A stretch of DNA of 51,729 nucleotides from a virus (taxonomy: Duplodnaviria; Caudoviricetes): positions 1 to 51,729 of the IMG/VR virus record IMGVR_UViG_3300049893_000693; one strand, written 5' to 3'. The notes under the pieces are model-generated. The model searched no databases, had not been told where the DNA came from, and worked only from the letters and a program-made list of their open reading frames with translations. Positions 26,143 through 36,750 of the stretch are shown here, piece by piece (within the stretch, counting starts at the first letter, position 1; each line of letters opens with the position of its first letter). Both the position numbers and the translations under genes were made by a program.

Positions 26143-27081
26143 TTATAGTGTCCCGTCGTCGTAGTTGTACATTGGCTGCTGGTACTGCCGAGGCTGTTGG
26201 TACTGCTGCGGTGTCTGGTAATACTGCATCATCTGATCGTGAAGTTGCTTATTCTGTGCTTGATTTTGAGCTTGCAAGCCGGATTGCTTGTACATCCCAG
26301 CACCGGAGTTAGCTAAATTAAGCCCGGCGTTAAGCATTGCGCCATACATCATCTGCTCACTACCCGCCGAGTTGGCCTTGGCCATCTGGTTCTGCGCAGC
26401 GCCCATCGCCGCCGCAAAGTCCCTATCAATCTCCGCGCCACGAATCGCCTGGAGGTTGCCGAATTGCCCAGCCTGCTGATGTAGGACACCATGCTTGAGT
26501 TGGGTGTCTTGACCAAGATTCGCGCGGGCCTGCCCCATCTGTTGTAGGGCTTGAGTATAAGCCCCTGGCAGTTGGGCGTTTAGCGCCCTACCCTGGGCAG
26601 TATTTGCCATATTGCGTGCATACGCCTGCTGGGCCGCGCTACGCAACTGGGCTTCAGGGATCTGGCTCTGAGCCGTACCCATCACGCCTTGAGCGCCTTG
26701 CAGTGCACGAGCATAGGCATTCTGCATATCTGCACCGGCGTTACGCGCCATGGCCGTACGGTTTGACATCTCACCAAGCTGGGCCTGTTGGTATTCGTTC
26801 TCGGCTTCGGCCCCGAAGCGACTGCGAATGTTGCCTTCTTCGGTCTGACGCCCCTGGTAGTTCGTCACAGCCGCACGCATTGCCTGTTCAGCCTCGTCTT
26901 GCGCACGCTGTCGTTTGCCGACCCCACGGCCTCCTAAGTAACCAGAGGCCCCTCCGACTATCGCACCGACTCCGGCCCCAATAGCCGTGCCATATCCCGG
27001 CATAATCTGTGTCCCAGTCGCCGCGCCGGACGCAGCGCCGGACGCCGCCCCGGTTCCAGCCATTCCCCATTCACTTGGCAT
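26143..27081 (-). CDS. Ejection/pilot protein with Gly-Ala-rich N-terminus
   Basis: GAASGAASGAATG...PGYGTAIGAGVGAIVGG; Q/A-rich helix. Confidence 0.7.
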   Translation of the reverse strand: MPSEWGMAGTGAASGAASGAATGTQIMPGYGTAIGAGVGAIVGGASGYLGGRGVGKRQRAQDEAEQAMRAAVTNYQGRQTEEGNIRSRFGAEAENEYQQAQLGEMSNRTAMARNAGADMQNAYARALQGAQGVMGTAQSQIPEAQLRSAAQQAYARNMANTAQGRALNAQLPGAYTQALQQMGQARANLGQDTQLKHGVLHQQAGQFGNLQAIRGAEIDRDFAAAMGAAQNQMAKANSAGSEQMMYGAMLNAGLNLANSGAGMYKQSGLQAQNQAQNKQLHDQMMQYYQTPQQYQQPRQYQQPMYNYDDGTL

Positions 27082-27114
27082 ACTTACTCCGTTTGTTTAG
27101 GTAGATCGTACGAC

Positions 27115-27768
27115 TTAGCTTGCACCACTGGTACCAAAGGATCCCACAGCATTTCCAGTCGTCTGCAGCTGCTGCCCCCACAACTGACTATACATATTCT
27201 GTATAGCCTGCTGGTTCGCTATAGACTGCTGACCGATCGAGTTCATCATCGCATTGGCTTGGCTACTCGCCTGAATCCCCTGCAACTGGCCCCGCGCGCC
27301 CATATTCTGGTACGGATTACCCTGCATACCGGCGCGCTGCTGATACGCCTGCTGCAAGTCCTGTTGCCGCTGCGAGTCTGCAAGTCTAGCCGCGTTCTGC
27401 TGGGCTTGACCAAGATTGGTCTGGAACGCCTGACTTAGCCCAGCCTGGGCCTGCAAGCCTTGCGAACCACGATGGACGCCACGCTGGATATTCTGCAATG
27501 CTGTTTGAGTCTGGCCCTGCTTATACGCCGCATCCAGTCCAGGACGTACAGCGTCCATGTACCCCTTTTGAAGTTGAGGATACCACTGTTCCTGCGCATT
27601 CAGGAAGCTCTGCGTCTCGCGCTCACCACGCTGCTGGTTCTGGTAGCCCTGGTAGCCTGAGCGTAGGAAATCAAGCTGTTGGCGTGACATATTACTGGTT
27701 GGCATGCCATAGCCAGCCAGCCGCTGCTTCTGCTGGTCCATCCAGGCATTTTCAGAGAGATCGGGCAT
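27115..27768 (-). CDS. Gln-rich internal virion (ejection) protein
   Basis: Q-rich, RG..GS motif, synteny. Confidence 0.6.
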   Translation of the reverse strand: MPDLSENAWMDQQKQRLAGYGMPTSNMSRQQLDFLRSGYQGYQNQQRGERETQSFLNAQEQWYPQLQKGYMDAVRPGLDAAYKQGQTQTALQNIQRGVHRGSQGLQAQAGLSQAFQTNLGQAQQNAARLADSQRQQDLQQAYQQRAGMQGNPYQNMGARGQLQGIQASSQANAMMNSIGQQSIANQQAIQNMYSQLWGQQLQTTGNAVGSFGTSGAS

Positions 27769-27776
27769 AGAGATCC

Positions 27777-29171
27777 TTACAGCTTGATAATGAAGGTAAT
27801 AGCGAGACTGGGCTGCATTACGTTATGCGCCGTATTAGACCCAGTATCCTGAATGATCTGCTGGGCCGTACCATCCTCATAGGACGAGAATCCGACGGCA
27901 AAACCAGCCACACTATTCGCCGCTGCGATAGTGCTCAAGGTAGCGCCGGGGCCGTTTGCCACCTTATGGTGGTGAGCCGCGAGTTCACCTATCGTAAGAG
28001 CGTGAGCCTCTTCTCCATATTTATCAGCGATGGTCTTAGTCGTTGTGGTCTTGCTATTACCCGAAATCAGGTCCGTGTAGGTCTGCCCACCACCTGTGCC
28101 GACTGGGACCATCCCCGAGAAATTGGGCACCTTGAAGTTCGAGGCCCCGCCGGAACTACCAAAGCGCACGCCAATCGCCGCATACAGCGCCGCATAGGTT
28201 GGATTAGCCCCATCGTAGTTCGTACCGTCACACAGCACCCAACCACTAGGCGCACTGGTGCCGCCGTACATCACAATCGCGCCAGCCGGTGAGTTATTCC
28301 CAGCAATCTGAGACACCGTGGCGGCGTCAGTGCTGGCCACACCGGGAGCCAACCCAGTTATCTTGTTCGATCCCATCTGCAACGCGCCGGTCATCGCCAC
28401 GCTACCGTCTTTATTCACAAACTGCGTATACAGTTCGTTGAGCGAGGCAGTAGCCGAGGTAAGCTGGCCTACCGTGGCCGCGTCAGTATTATTCGTGCCA
28501 TCTGCAAGACTGACAATCTTCTGGCTCCCCGCGTTGAACGAGGCGGTCATGGCGACCGACCCATCCTTCTTCAGATAGTTCGAGATGGTGCCAAGGTTCG
28601 TAATAAGTAGATTCAGTTTGGTCATCACTTCGGCAAAAGCAGTCTCACCATTCGAGGCAGTGTACAATCCACCCGCATCCTCTAGTCCCACCAATGACTG
28701 GCCGTTGCCATTGGCTGTGGACTGCAATCGGGTAAGCAGCCCGGCCCCACTGGCAAAAGCCGCGATGAAGACCACATCGCCAACAGTGCGTCCAGTTCCA
28801 AGGGTGACACGCAGGTTTCCAGCATTGTCGGCCACGGTGACAGTGCTTGAGTCGATCTTTGTTCCATTGGCGAACACCTCGACATTCAACGCCGTGAAAG
28901 CCGAATCCCAGGTAATCGACGTATCGAACTGGGTCTGACTAGCCGTAGCCACGAACCGTTCGGCTCCGACTAGCGATTGCGCGGTTTCAGCCGCAAGGTT
29001 GACGAGATGCCCGGTCGAGTCAGTTATGCCACGGATCCACGAATTGATCGCGTTGACGACATCAACCGTGTTGTCCGCTTCAGTGTCCATGTCGGCGTAC
29101 GACAGCGTTTGCCCCGCCGAATTGGCCTGGGTGAAGTTAGCGATACGCGAAAGGAAGTTGGGATAAGCCAT
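27777..29171 (-). CDS. Tail fibre with phage tail collar domain
   Basis: PAGAIVMYGG..APSGWVLCDG, YAALYAAIG, FKVPN, HNVMQP...FIIKL; repeated KDGSVAMT..KI..LA....DAATV.Q. Confidence 0.85.
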   Translation of the reverse strand: MAYPNFLSRIANFTQANSAGQTLSYADMDTEADNTVDVVNAINSWIRGITDSTGHLVNLAAETAQSLVGAERFVATASQTQFDTSITWDSAFTALNVEVFANGTKIDSSTVTVADNAGNLRVTLGTGRTVGDVVFIAAFASGAGLLTRLQSTANGNGQSLVGLEDAGGLYTASNGETAFAEVMTKLNLLITNLGTISNYLKKDGSVAMTASFNAGSQKIVSLADGTNNTDAATVGQLTSATASLNELYTQFVNKDGSVAMTGALQMGSNKITGLAPGVASTDAATVSQIAGNNSPAGAIVMYGGTSAPSGWVLCDGTNYDGANPTYAALYAAIGVRFGSSGGASNFKVPNFSGMVPVGTGGGQTYTDLISGNSKTTTTKTIADKYGEEAHALTIGELAAHHHKVANGPGATLSTIAAANSVAGFAVGFSSYEDGTAQQIIQDTGSNTAHNVMQPSLAITFIIKL

Positions 29172-29172
29172 A

Positions 29173-30819
29173 TTAGAGGTTTCCAGTGTCAAAGCGGTGA
29201 GTGAAACGGTCCATACGGAACGGTTCGGTGCCAGTCAGCTTCACAGCGACATGATTCGCTATCAATAGCGGATAGGTACGACCAGGGATGTCCGTCTGGC
29301 TTATGATAGCCGGATTGACGACGAAGGACTCATCATTCGGATCAGGCATGTACGAGATGGTCGCCTTGCCACGAACCGCGTAATCAACTATGCGCCAATA
29401 CTTCGGGATCGTATGATCCTCGCCATCATAGTACGCAAACTGGGTGGTCCATGAGAATCCAGATTCGTTCTCATACGCCGGATCGAAGATATAGATAGTA
29501 TTATCCGAGGTGAACCGGATGTACAACTGGCCGTTTAGTTCGACCATCGCATCTACCGTATTCGGCAGCGTGTAAGTCGTCCAGCCGCTCACTCCGCTCA
29601 TCGGTGAGTAGGTGAAGACGTACATGGTCGTGCCGATGGCGCACAGGTATTGCGCCCGCGCAGGCGACCACAGACTAGCAGGTTTGGGTTTATCGGTGAA
29701 GTCGATCGCGGCAGTTAGTGGCTGGATCTTAGCGCCAACGTCGCCTTCGTTCAACTGGCCAGTAGTGACGACGGCCTTGAGGCTGCGGAATCCACCCTGT
29801 GAAAAGTAGAACACGTCGCCCATGATATTGGCGATAGATCCAGGCTGCTTCGTGCCCGCACCGCCGACCACCCCGCGCAATTCGTGTTCAGCCGGGTCAG
29901 CCGAGATGTGCCACTTCTGTACCATGGTCTCGAAGAACACGACGAGCGAACCATCAAATATGCCATAACCCTGGAGCGTCTGAGTGCCACCGCTGTACTG
30001 GCTGGTTGGCAAGAATCCAGCATCCGCCTCATTCGACCAGTCACGCGGTCCATTAACACTAGAGCTAAACCATGTATCACCGCTAAACCGCTCACTCGCC
30101 CATATCTTCTGTGCCGCAGCGATGACAGCTTGACCCGGCTGGAACGGGAGGGCCACCTTCGTAGCGCGCGGCGTGTAGATCGACCCGACTACTGTTCCGG
30201 TCGTGCCAGTCCAGGTCGTATTGAGCGTCATAGTAATGCCCGACACCGAGCAGGTATAGGTCGTCGCTACTCCCTGAAACCATACGGTGCTGCCGCTCAC
30301 AACGGCTTCGGGCAATGCGGTATTAAGAGTTACAGTCGCAGATCCATTCGTCGCCGTACCAGTAAATGTAACTGGCGTCTGATCCAGATAGTGATGCTCG
30401 TACGACCGACCCTTCGCCGGGAAGCCCGGTACACTATCCCGCCCCAGTACCACATAGGTCTTGTCGTCCCACGCGGCAGCCGAAACGACTTTGTAGTTCA
30501 GGTTAGTGGCCGGTACGGCAGTCGCGCTATCACCTACAAAATCGTACGCCATCCCAGCCGGGGGCAGCGGGATAGCCGAGTTCAGCCGGAACGGGATCGC
30601 GCAACGCAATCTATTCGCCGTGACGTACAGCCCAATACTGGCAGCATCCACCTGTGCGTACGCGCGAAGCTGATCCCGACTCTTGAAACCACCACCAGTC
30701 GTAAGATCGACATTGTTGGCCACCCGCATAGCTTCAGGCGGAACGGCTTCGGCAAGCCTACGAAGATCGAGGCCCGTGAAGTTAGTTACGGTTTTATTGC
30801 CGCCGCGACGTTGAGGCAT
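29173..30819 (-). CDS. Tail nozzle / DNA stabilization protein (P22 gp10 / T7 gp12-like)
   Basis: NFTGLD..., ANNVD...G, beta-rich, GWT.Y; follows the adaptor. Confidence 0.75.
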   Translation of the reverse strand: MPQRRGGNKTVTNFTGLDLRRLAEAVPPEAMRVANNVDLTTGGGFKSRDQLRAYAQVDAASIGLYVTANRLRCAIPFRLNSAIPLPPAGMAYDFVGDSATAVPATNLNYKVVSAAAWDDKTYVVLGRDSVPGFPAKGRSYEHHYLDQTPVTFTGTATNGSATVTLNTALPEAVVSGSTVWFQGVATTYTCSVSGITMTLNTTWTGTTGTVVGSIYTPRATKVALPFQPGQAVIAAAQKIWASERFSGDTWFSSSVNGPRDWSNEADAGFLPTSQYSGGTQTLQGYGIFDGSLVVFFETMVQKWHISADPAEHELRGVVGGAGTKQPGSIANIMGDVFYFSQGGFRSLKAVVTTGQLNEGDVGAKIQPLTAAIDFTDKPKPASLWSPARAQYLCAIGTTMYVFTYSPMSGVSGWTTYTLPNTVDAMVELNGQLYIRFTSDNTIYIFDPAYENESGFSWTTQFAYYDGEDHTIPKYWRIVDYAVRGKATISYMPDPNDESFVVNPAIISQTDIPGRTYPLLIANHVAVKLTGTEPFRMDRFTHRFDTGNL

Positions 30820-31532
30820 TACCAAGCTCCGGGTGGATTCCAATCAGGCGTATACGGAATACTACGGGCACGATCCCAGTAGGCTGGTCCGTCTATCTTT
30901 CTCGACGCGACCGGGAAGCACTGAGGCGGACCCTGATTGACTCGAATGCGATCCAAGTAGCGCATATGCGCGGCCATGGCCAGTTCTATCGGCCCACCAA
31001 TGCCCAACTGCGCCTGCACCTTGATGACGGAACGCTGGATCAGCGCCTCGCCATCAACACTAGCCCGATCTGTATCATTCACCAGCCGCGTTGGGGCAAG
31101 ATAGTAATCCAGATGGAACTTGATCCACGAAGTCGCGTCTGGCGCGGGCATGAAACGAATCACGCCGTCCTGGATCGTCCAGAACCGGGGCATGCTAGGG
31201 GTCTTGTACGTGTTCTTGAAATCAACCAGGAAATCGAACTTAGGTTCATAGAATGAACCCTTATCGTTCTCAAGGTATAATCTATTAATCCCTCCCGGAT
31301 CGCAGTCGTCCGGGATATTGTAGTCGGACACGCCATCCGTGAAGTTGAACGAGGAAGTCACACTACGCCGAACCCATTCGGACTCGTAGTACAATTCATA
31401 TTGGCTCTGGTTGATTAACTCATCAACCTGAACCTGCTGGGCCGCGTTCGATGGTCCGGGCGAGCCAACGCCCGCCCGGATCATAGTCGAATTACGGATT
31501 TCCGTCAGCGTCAGTGGTAGCGATAGCGTCAT
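30819..31532 (-). CDS. Head-tail adaptor protein
   Basis: TLTEIR, INQ....Y, P.FW...DG.IRF.PAPD; synteny. Confidence 0.7.
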   Translation of the reverse strand: MTLSLPLTLTEIRNSTMIRAGVGSPGPSNAAQQVQVDELINQSQYELYYESEWVRRSVTSSFNFTDGVSDYNIPDDCDPGGINRLYLENDKGSFYEPKFDFLVDFKNTYKTPSMPRFWTIQDGVIRFMPAPDATSWIKFHLDYYLAPTRLVNDTDRASVDGEALIQRSVIKVQAQLGIGGPIELAMAAHMRYLDRIRVNQGPPQCFPVASRKIDGPAYWDRARSIPYTPDWNPPGAW

Positions 31533-32145
31533 CCGTCTTTACCTCGGTTGCAAGGCTCAAGCGCAGGGCCACTTCAGGGCTGACCCCAGCTTCGCACAGT
31601 TTCACGATGTCCGCACCGATGCACGAATCACGGTCGGGGAAGCCAGCCGTCTGAAGCGCGATGGCCAGCTTGGTGGATTCCTTATTGTACCTATCAATTC
31701 CGTCGAGCTTATCTTTCTTGGTCGAGTCGGTGTCCACCACGGTAGGATCTGCCGGACGCTCGAAGTCGGTCAGACCGAATACAAGGAACGACGCATGCGG
31801 GATCTTGGAAGTCTCGCGCAGCTTGCGCGAGCGCGCCAGATCCTTGTCGATCTCGCGCTCGATAGCCTTGCGCAGATCCGCCTCACCCTCCGGGAACACC
31901 ATGTCGTACATCTCTCGCCCAAACTTAGCCTGAAGCATGCGCGCTTCAGCTTCGATGCTATCAATCTGGTGATACTTGGCGTCGGGATGTGCGGTCTCTT
32001 CCAGCGGTTCAACCTTCAAGTTCTCGCCCTGCAAGCGGATACCCCACACGCGACGGTAGAACGGGGCGTAGTACGCCGGTTCCATCCGCACAAATGAGGC
32101 GTTGTTCGAGGCAACCCCGACAATGCGGGAATTGGGAATCTTCAT
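31492..32145 (-). CDS. Hypothetical protein downstream of capsid
   Basis: AGGAG SD before ATG 32145. Confidence 0.65.
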   Translation of the reverse strand: MKIPNSRIVGVASNNASFVRMEPAYYAPFYRRVWGIRLQGENLKVEPLEETAHPDAKYHQIDSIEAEARMLQAKFGREMYDMVFPEGEADLRKAIEREIDKDLARSRKLRETSKIPHASFLVFGLTDFERPADPTVVDTDSTKKDKLDGIDRYNKESTKLAIALQTAGFPDRDSCIGADIVKLCEAGVSPEVALRLSLATEVKTDDAIATTDADGNP

Positions 32146-32167
32146 GGTACGTCTCCTGGTACGGACC

Positions 32168-32196
32168 AGTATTACAGGCAAGTGGATAAATGCAAG
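32168..32196 (-). promoter_or_regulatory. Putative late promoter CTTGCAT-N15-TAATACT
   Basis: Shared motif; lies just after the capsid terminator. Confidence 0.55.
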
Positions 32197-32197
32197 T

Positions 32198-32233
32198 AAA
32201 CAAACTCCCCCGATGGACCATCCACCGGGGGAG
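32198..32233 (-). terminator. Rho-independent terminator after major capsid gene
   Basis: CTCCCCCGGTGGA-TGG-TCCATCGGGGGAG followed by TTTGTTT. Confidence 0.85.
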
Positions 32234-32265
32234 AACCTCGCCAGGAGTCGAAGTTTTTGGGACGC

Positions 32266-33381
32266 TTAGGACGCGATATTGACGATCGCGTTAGCGTTGG
32301 TCACGATCGGCAGCAGGGACAGCTTGCTATCCAGGCTCAGCCGGGTGATGCGCTGGTCGCCGTCGTCCATCGGGGCGCTGAAGTACTTCTTCTTGCCAGG
32401 AGCGTACGCCATCTTCCAGGTCTTGCTGTTCAGCAGGTACATGCGGCGGGTCCAGGGCAGCGACGGGGCATCCTTGGCATCCAGGATCTCGAACGTCGGA
32501 TCATGGACGATGGGGATGCCTTCGAAGTGCAGACCGCTATCCGGAATACCAATGTCATACTGACGCTTGGCGTCGCCGCTCTGCGTCATGTAGAACAGGT
32601 TGTTAGCCCGAGCATACGAGACATAGCGGTCGATAGCGCCCGCACCAGCCAGGATGAAGTCAACACCGCCACCAGTCCGCCCACGAGCGCGCAGGTTGGC
32701 CTCACGGCGAGCGGTCGTGAGAGCGCCAGCCAGAGTACCACCAGCCGCGTAGGTCGCGCCAGTGAAGTTATAGTGCTGCACTTCAGGAGTGCTGGAACGA
32801 GTCAGACCACCGATCGAGCCGCTGGTGACATAGCCGGTCGTGGCTGCGGTGGGCAGGAACGCGTCCAGACCCTGGGGCAGCTTGGGATCAGCCGAGTTGT
32901 CACGATGCAGCGTCTCGTCAAGCTGGACATCAAACTTGTCCATCATGCCCTCGACGTACTCCTCCAGGTAATTCACCATGCGGTAGGCTTCGCTCTCGCT
33001 GTCAGGCTTGGCGAAGTTCTTGCCGCGAGGCTGGTTTGGAAGCACGACGTAGCCCATGGCCTCGATGTCGTCGTGGACGATCTCGGTGCCCATATGGACG
33101 TTCGACCAGGGGTACTTGGCCTGCAATTCGATGCTGCCCTCGGAGAAGGCGAGCGGATCCTTGCGTTCCCAGCCCTGGATATCCAGACCGATATCGGTCT
33201 TGTACTTGACGATAACACCATCCGCGCCAGCGAGAGGAGCAGTGTCCTCATTGCGGGCGAGGAACGACCAGAACGGCATAGCCTTGCGGTCTACGACGAA
33301 CGGGTCGCGCTTGTTGAGTACACCGTTGTACACGGTATACGCGATTTTCTGAAGCCCCTCGGGGGTAAAGGTACTGGCCAC
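32266..33381 (-). CDS. Major capsid protein
   Basis: 371 aa, AGGAGG SD, very biased codons, follows scaffold, followed by terminator; PQGL and FEGIPIVHD HK97-fold-like motifs. Confidence 0.85.
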   Translation of the reverse strand: MASTFTPEGLQKIAYTVYNGVLNKRDPFVVDRKAMPFWSFLARNEDTAPLAGADGVIVKYKTDIGLDIQGWERKDPLAFSEGSIELQAKYPWSNVHMGTEIVHDDIEAMGYVVLPNQPRGKNFAKPDSESEAYRMVNYLEEYVEGMMDKFDVQLDETLHRDNSADPKLPQGLDAFLPTAATTGYVTSGSIGGLTRSSTPEVQHYNFTGATYAAGGTLAGALTTARREANLRARGRTGGGVDFILAGAGAIDRYVSYARANNLFYMTQSGDAKRQYDIGIPDSGLHFEGIPIVHDPTFEILDAKDAPSLPWTRRMYLLNSKTWKMAYAPGKKKYFSAPMDDGDQRITRLSLDSKLSLLPIVTNANAIVNIAS

Positions 33382-33448
33382 GTTGACCTCCTGCGCGCTA
33401 GGCGCTTAAATCCCCGTGGCCGTGACTACATACCATAGGGACAGTTAG

Positions 33449-34504
33449 TTAAACTTTACCAGTCATCAGATCAGAGATCAGACTGGATTTCCAATCCGCG
33501 CCACTGGTGGCTGCCGAACTGGATGCGCTCGGTTTGAGCGTGCTATCCGGTTTCACCCTAGCCGCAGATGCGGGTTTGGTGTATTTCATCTGCACTTCAC
33601 GTACAGTTTCGTTGAACAGGGGAAGCCACTGGATAGCTGGGGCGCCCTGATGTTTAGTCGCAATGGTCTGGTATACCTCAGCCCGAATCTTGTCCCAATT
33701 AGGGACTTTGGTCGAGTACTGGACATCCAGCCGGTCAATCTCAAGCGAGGCCGCTCGTTCGACCGGATCAACAACTGGAGCAGCCTGAGAGGTATAGGTC
33801 GGTTCCGGCTCAGGTTCGGGCTTGTGGTACTTAGCCACAATCGCCTTAGCCTTGGCCCTCGCCGCCTCTTCGGTCATGTCCGCATTGTTCACCGCATCGG
33901 CAAACAGTTCGGTATAGACCTGTTCCTCTGGCGCGACCGCAGGTTCTGGCGCCTTCGTAGCGACTGGGTTAACCCCGATCATACGAAGTAGGTCGGACTT
34001 GGCGGTGGTATCACCTGCACGCATGCGCGCGCCCAATCCAACCCAGTTGGCCATCTCGTCCGGGGAGATCCCCGCTTGAGCACCAACTTGCGCTAGGATG
34101 TGGCCGAATTGGCCTTCTTCCTGCGTCTTCTTCAGTTTTGCTTTGAGCTTACCCCAGGCGATCTTTTCGCCTTGAGTGGCATTTTCGCCAGGACCCTGAA
34201 GTTCCTCGTCCTCTTCTGGTTCAGCCTCAACGGCTTCCTCAGTGGCAGGATCGGGAGCCTTCTCCTCGGACTTAGCCTCAGCCTCGGGGGCTTTCGGCGG
34301 TTCTGAAGGTTTGGCCTCAGCGGCCTTCTCTTCAGGTTTAGCCTCGGGGGTTGCGGGAGGGCTAGGTTCAGCGCCTTCCATCAACTCTTTTACGAGAGTC
34401 TCTTTATAGTCCGGCTGCGCCTCAGCGGCGGGTGTTGCCGCAGTATTAACACCCTGGCTCTGCTCGGTGGTGGGAGAACTCTGTGGTTCTTGCTCGTCTG
34501 ACAT
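33449..34504 (-). CDS. Capsid scaffolding protein
   Basis: Acidic Pro/Glu/Ala-rich N-terminus, helical; between portal and capsid. Confidence 0.75.
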   Translation of the reverse strand: MSDEQEPQSSPTTEQSQGVNTAATPAAEAQPDYKETLVKELMEGAEPSPPATPEAKPEEKAAEAKPSEPPKAPEAEAKSEEKAPDPATEEAVEAEPEEDEELQGPGENATQGEKIAWGKLKAKLKKTQEEGQFGHILAQVGAQAGISPDEMANWVGLGARMRAGDTTAKSDLLRMIGVNPVATKAPEPAVAPEEQVYTELFADAVNNADMTEEAARAKAKAIVAKYHKPEPEPEPTYTSQAAPVVDPVERAASLEIDRLDVQYSTKVPNWDKIRAEVYQTIATKHQGAPAIQWLPLFNETVREVQMKYTKPASAARVKPDSTLKPSASSSAATSGADWKSSLISDLMTGKV

Positions 34505-34544
34505 CTTATCCTCCTGGGGATTTTGTCAAGCAGTGTTTACTTAC

Positions 34545-36743
34545 TTATGCCTGGGTCGGAGGACCCGGCGGGAGACGGTTCATAGGACTGTTCGGGACCG
34601 CTGCGGCCCCGTCAGTAGCGACATCGCGTTTGGTCATATCTGGCGCACCACCACTAGGGCCTGCGCCCTTGTTCGGCGCCTCAGGCGGAGATCCTGGGGA
34701 CTGGCCCGGCCCACCCCCTGGGGGCGCGGCGGCTGGACCCATCATCTGCGCACCGAGGATCATCTTCTCCACCGGCTTGCGGATGTCCATGGCGTCCATG
34801 AGGTTACGTAGAATCTCGATGGCGCCGAGCGGCCCAATCGGTAGCATGAGCGACGAAGCGATCATGCCGAAGTTCTTGTACAGTTCCAGTTGCTTGGCTG
34901 CGTCAGGCTTGCCATTCAAGCCACCCTTAACCTCGATGCTGAGTTTGGTGTACAGTTCCTCGGTCGTGAGTGACGGCCACACGGTCTGTGGGCCACACAC
35001 CTGGGCTACGTACTCAGCCGGGAACACTTTGAGACTGACCTCAAGCATGTACCACAGAATGTCAGTCAAGCAACGCGCAGCCTGTATGCGGCGACGGTTG
35101 ATACCAGTCTCAGCAGACTTGGCGGCGATGGCGTCCTGTGTAGCCGTATCACCAGTACCAGTCGCGCCCTGCGCAGCCATGGGAATACCAGCCATAAGCT
35201 GCATATCCATCATCGCCATGCCGAGACCCTGCTGGAACATCCCAGCGTTATAGGGAATAGGCTGGGTCTCGTGTAGCGCCTTGTTGATCTCTTCGTGCCG
35301 TTCCAGTTCGATCACTGAGAACGGGAAGCGGTTACGGTACAGATCCTTCTCTGCTTCGGTCATCGCGTTCTTCGGAATGAAGAGCACGGGGTAGGCCGAG
35401 CGCCGAGCTTCGCGGTCGTGCGACCGCAACATGTTGATTTCGTCTTGCAGAGGCCGCATCAGTTTAGTGTCAGACAGCGGCAGTACCTGTCCCGTCACGC
35501 GATTGAACCAGAGGAAGAAAAACGGATACCACTGACGACCACATGCCTGCGGAACGTCGTTGGCCAGGAACTTCTTCATCCCATGGACCCAGACATACCG
35601 GCGCGAACTGCGGCGATCCCACATCTCCCATACGGCCACGCGATTATTCCGCTGCGGCGATTCGATGTCAGGATTACGGCGGCTAGGCTCTTCGTCTAGG
35701 TAATTGCGCTGCGTGTACAGGCCGCGCTCATCATACAGCTTCGCGCCATTGATGTCGCGCTTATTGATATTAAACTTGGAACTGACCTCGTCCGGCATCA
35801 TGTACACACGATGCGCGAGCCACGAGGCAGATAGGATATCTTCGGGCCGAGTCACGTCAGTCCACGCCCACCGGAAGTCCTCGGGCAGAATCTGATTCAC
35901 CTCGAAATTCATCTGATACGGGATCTCGCTGGATCCGAGCAAGTCAATCTCCTGACCGTCGATGATCGCCTTGGCCTTCTGGCTGCGAGGGTCCTGCGGG
36001 TCGGGGATAAGCGTAGGCATCCCGGTCATCGGATCCACGCTCGGCACCATTGGCACGTTAGCCTGCTTGATTTCCTCGGCCAACCGCTGCGCCATCCAGA
36101 TACGAATGGTCTGATCCAGATCGGTCATTTCCTTACCGAGCGGGTCATCCATAGTGAAATTACCTGAAGCAAACTCAGCCTTCAACTGGATGAGCCTAGC
36201 GACGTTGTCCTGCTGATCCGCAAAGCGCGGCTTACCAATCGGATCTTTATAGTAGTCCGTGCTGAGGTTCACCTTGAGGATGGACCAGGGATTGGTCATG
36301 GCGTCCTGAATCGCACCATCAAATACAGGGGCAAACTTCATCTGCTTGATGCAGTGCTGGAGCCAGATTTCCGCCGTCTGGGCGAACATGTCGTCCATCG
36401 GGTCTACGATGCCACCGACCTTACGAGTAGGCTGGACTTCAGGCTGCGGATCGGTCAGGCCGATGTTAGCAATAGAGGTTTGCTGGAGACGCAGGCAGTG
36501 GTTGACCGCGACGGTGTCCTGCGTCTTCAGTAACATGGACTCTTCGGCCACATACTTGCGGTCGAGTTCCATCTCACGGAAGCTATTGATGAGGAATTGC
36601 GGAGCCTGAACGAGCGAGGTGAATTTAGCCACTAGAGCCTGTTCGCCCCCGTCGCCTGACCCGCCGACGTTGACAGTAGTGCGATCGAGTTCGGCCTGCT
36701 CGATGGGCGGAGTCGGATTCATAGCGGTATCGACTGGGTTCAT
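34545..36743 (-). CDS. Portal protein
   Basis: 732 aa; VWEMWD, YPFF, LMRPLQDEIN, TATQ, Pro/Gly tail; synteny. Confidence 0.85.
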   Translation of the reverse strand: MNPVDTAMNPTPPIEQAELDRTTVNVGGSGDGGEQALVAKFTSLVQAPQFLINSFREMELDRKYVAEESMLLKTQDTVAVNHCLRLQQTSIANIGLTDPQPEVQPTRKVGGIVDPMDDMFAQTAEIWLQHCIKQMKFAPVFDGAIQDAMTNPWSILKVNLSTDYYKDPIGKPRFADQQDNVARLIQLKAEFASGNFTMDDPLGKEMTDLDQTIRIWMAQRLAEEIKQANVPMVPSVDPMTGMPTLIPDPQDPRSQKAKAIIDGQEIDLLGSSEIPYQMNFEVNQILPEDFRWAWTDVTRPEDILSASWLAHRVYMMPDEVSSKFNINKRDINGAKLYDERGLYTQRNYLDEEPSRRNPDIESPQRNNRVAVWEMWDRRSSRRYVWVHGMKKFLANDVPQACGRQWYPFFFLWFNRVTGQVLPLSDTKLMRPLQDEINMLRSHDREARRSAYPVLFIPKNAMTEAEKDLYRNRFPFSVIELERHEEINKALHETQPIPYNAGMFQQGLGMAMMDMQLMAGIPMAAQGATGTGDTATQDAIAAKSAETGINRRRIQAARCLTDILWYMLEVSLKVFPAEYVAQVCGPQTVWPSLTTEELYTKLSIEVKGGLNGKPDAAKQLELYKNFGMIASSLMLPIGPLGAIEILRNLMDAMDIRKPVEKMILGAQMMGPAAAPPGGGPGQSPGSPPEAPNKGAGPSGGAPDMTKRDVATDGAAAVPNSPMNRLPPGPPTQA

Positions 36744-36750
36744 ATAAGCC

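Noticed and set aside
32257-33438. 393-aa + strand ORF antisense to the capsid gene, and similar long shadow ORFs (10722..11765, 29884..30882, 34483..35253, 41312..42040)
   Set aside because: Explained by GC-rich codon bias of the overlapping real genes; no SD or recognisable motifs
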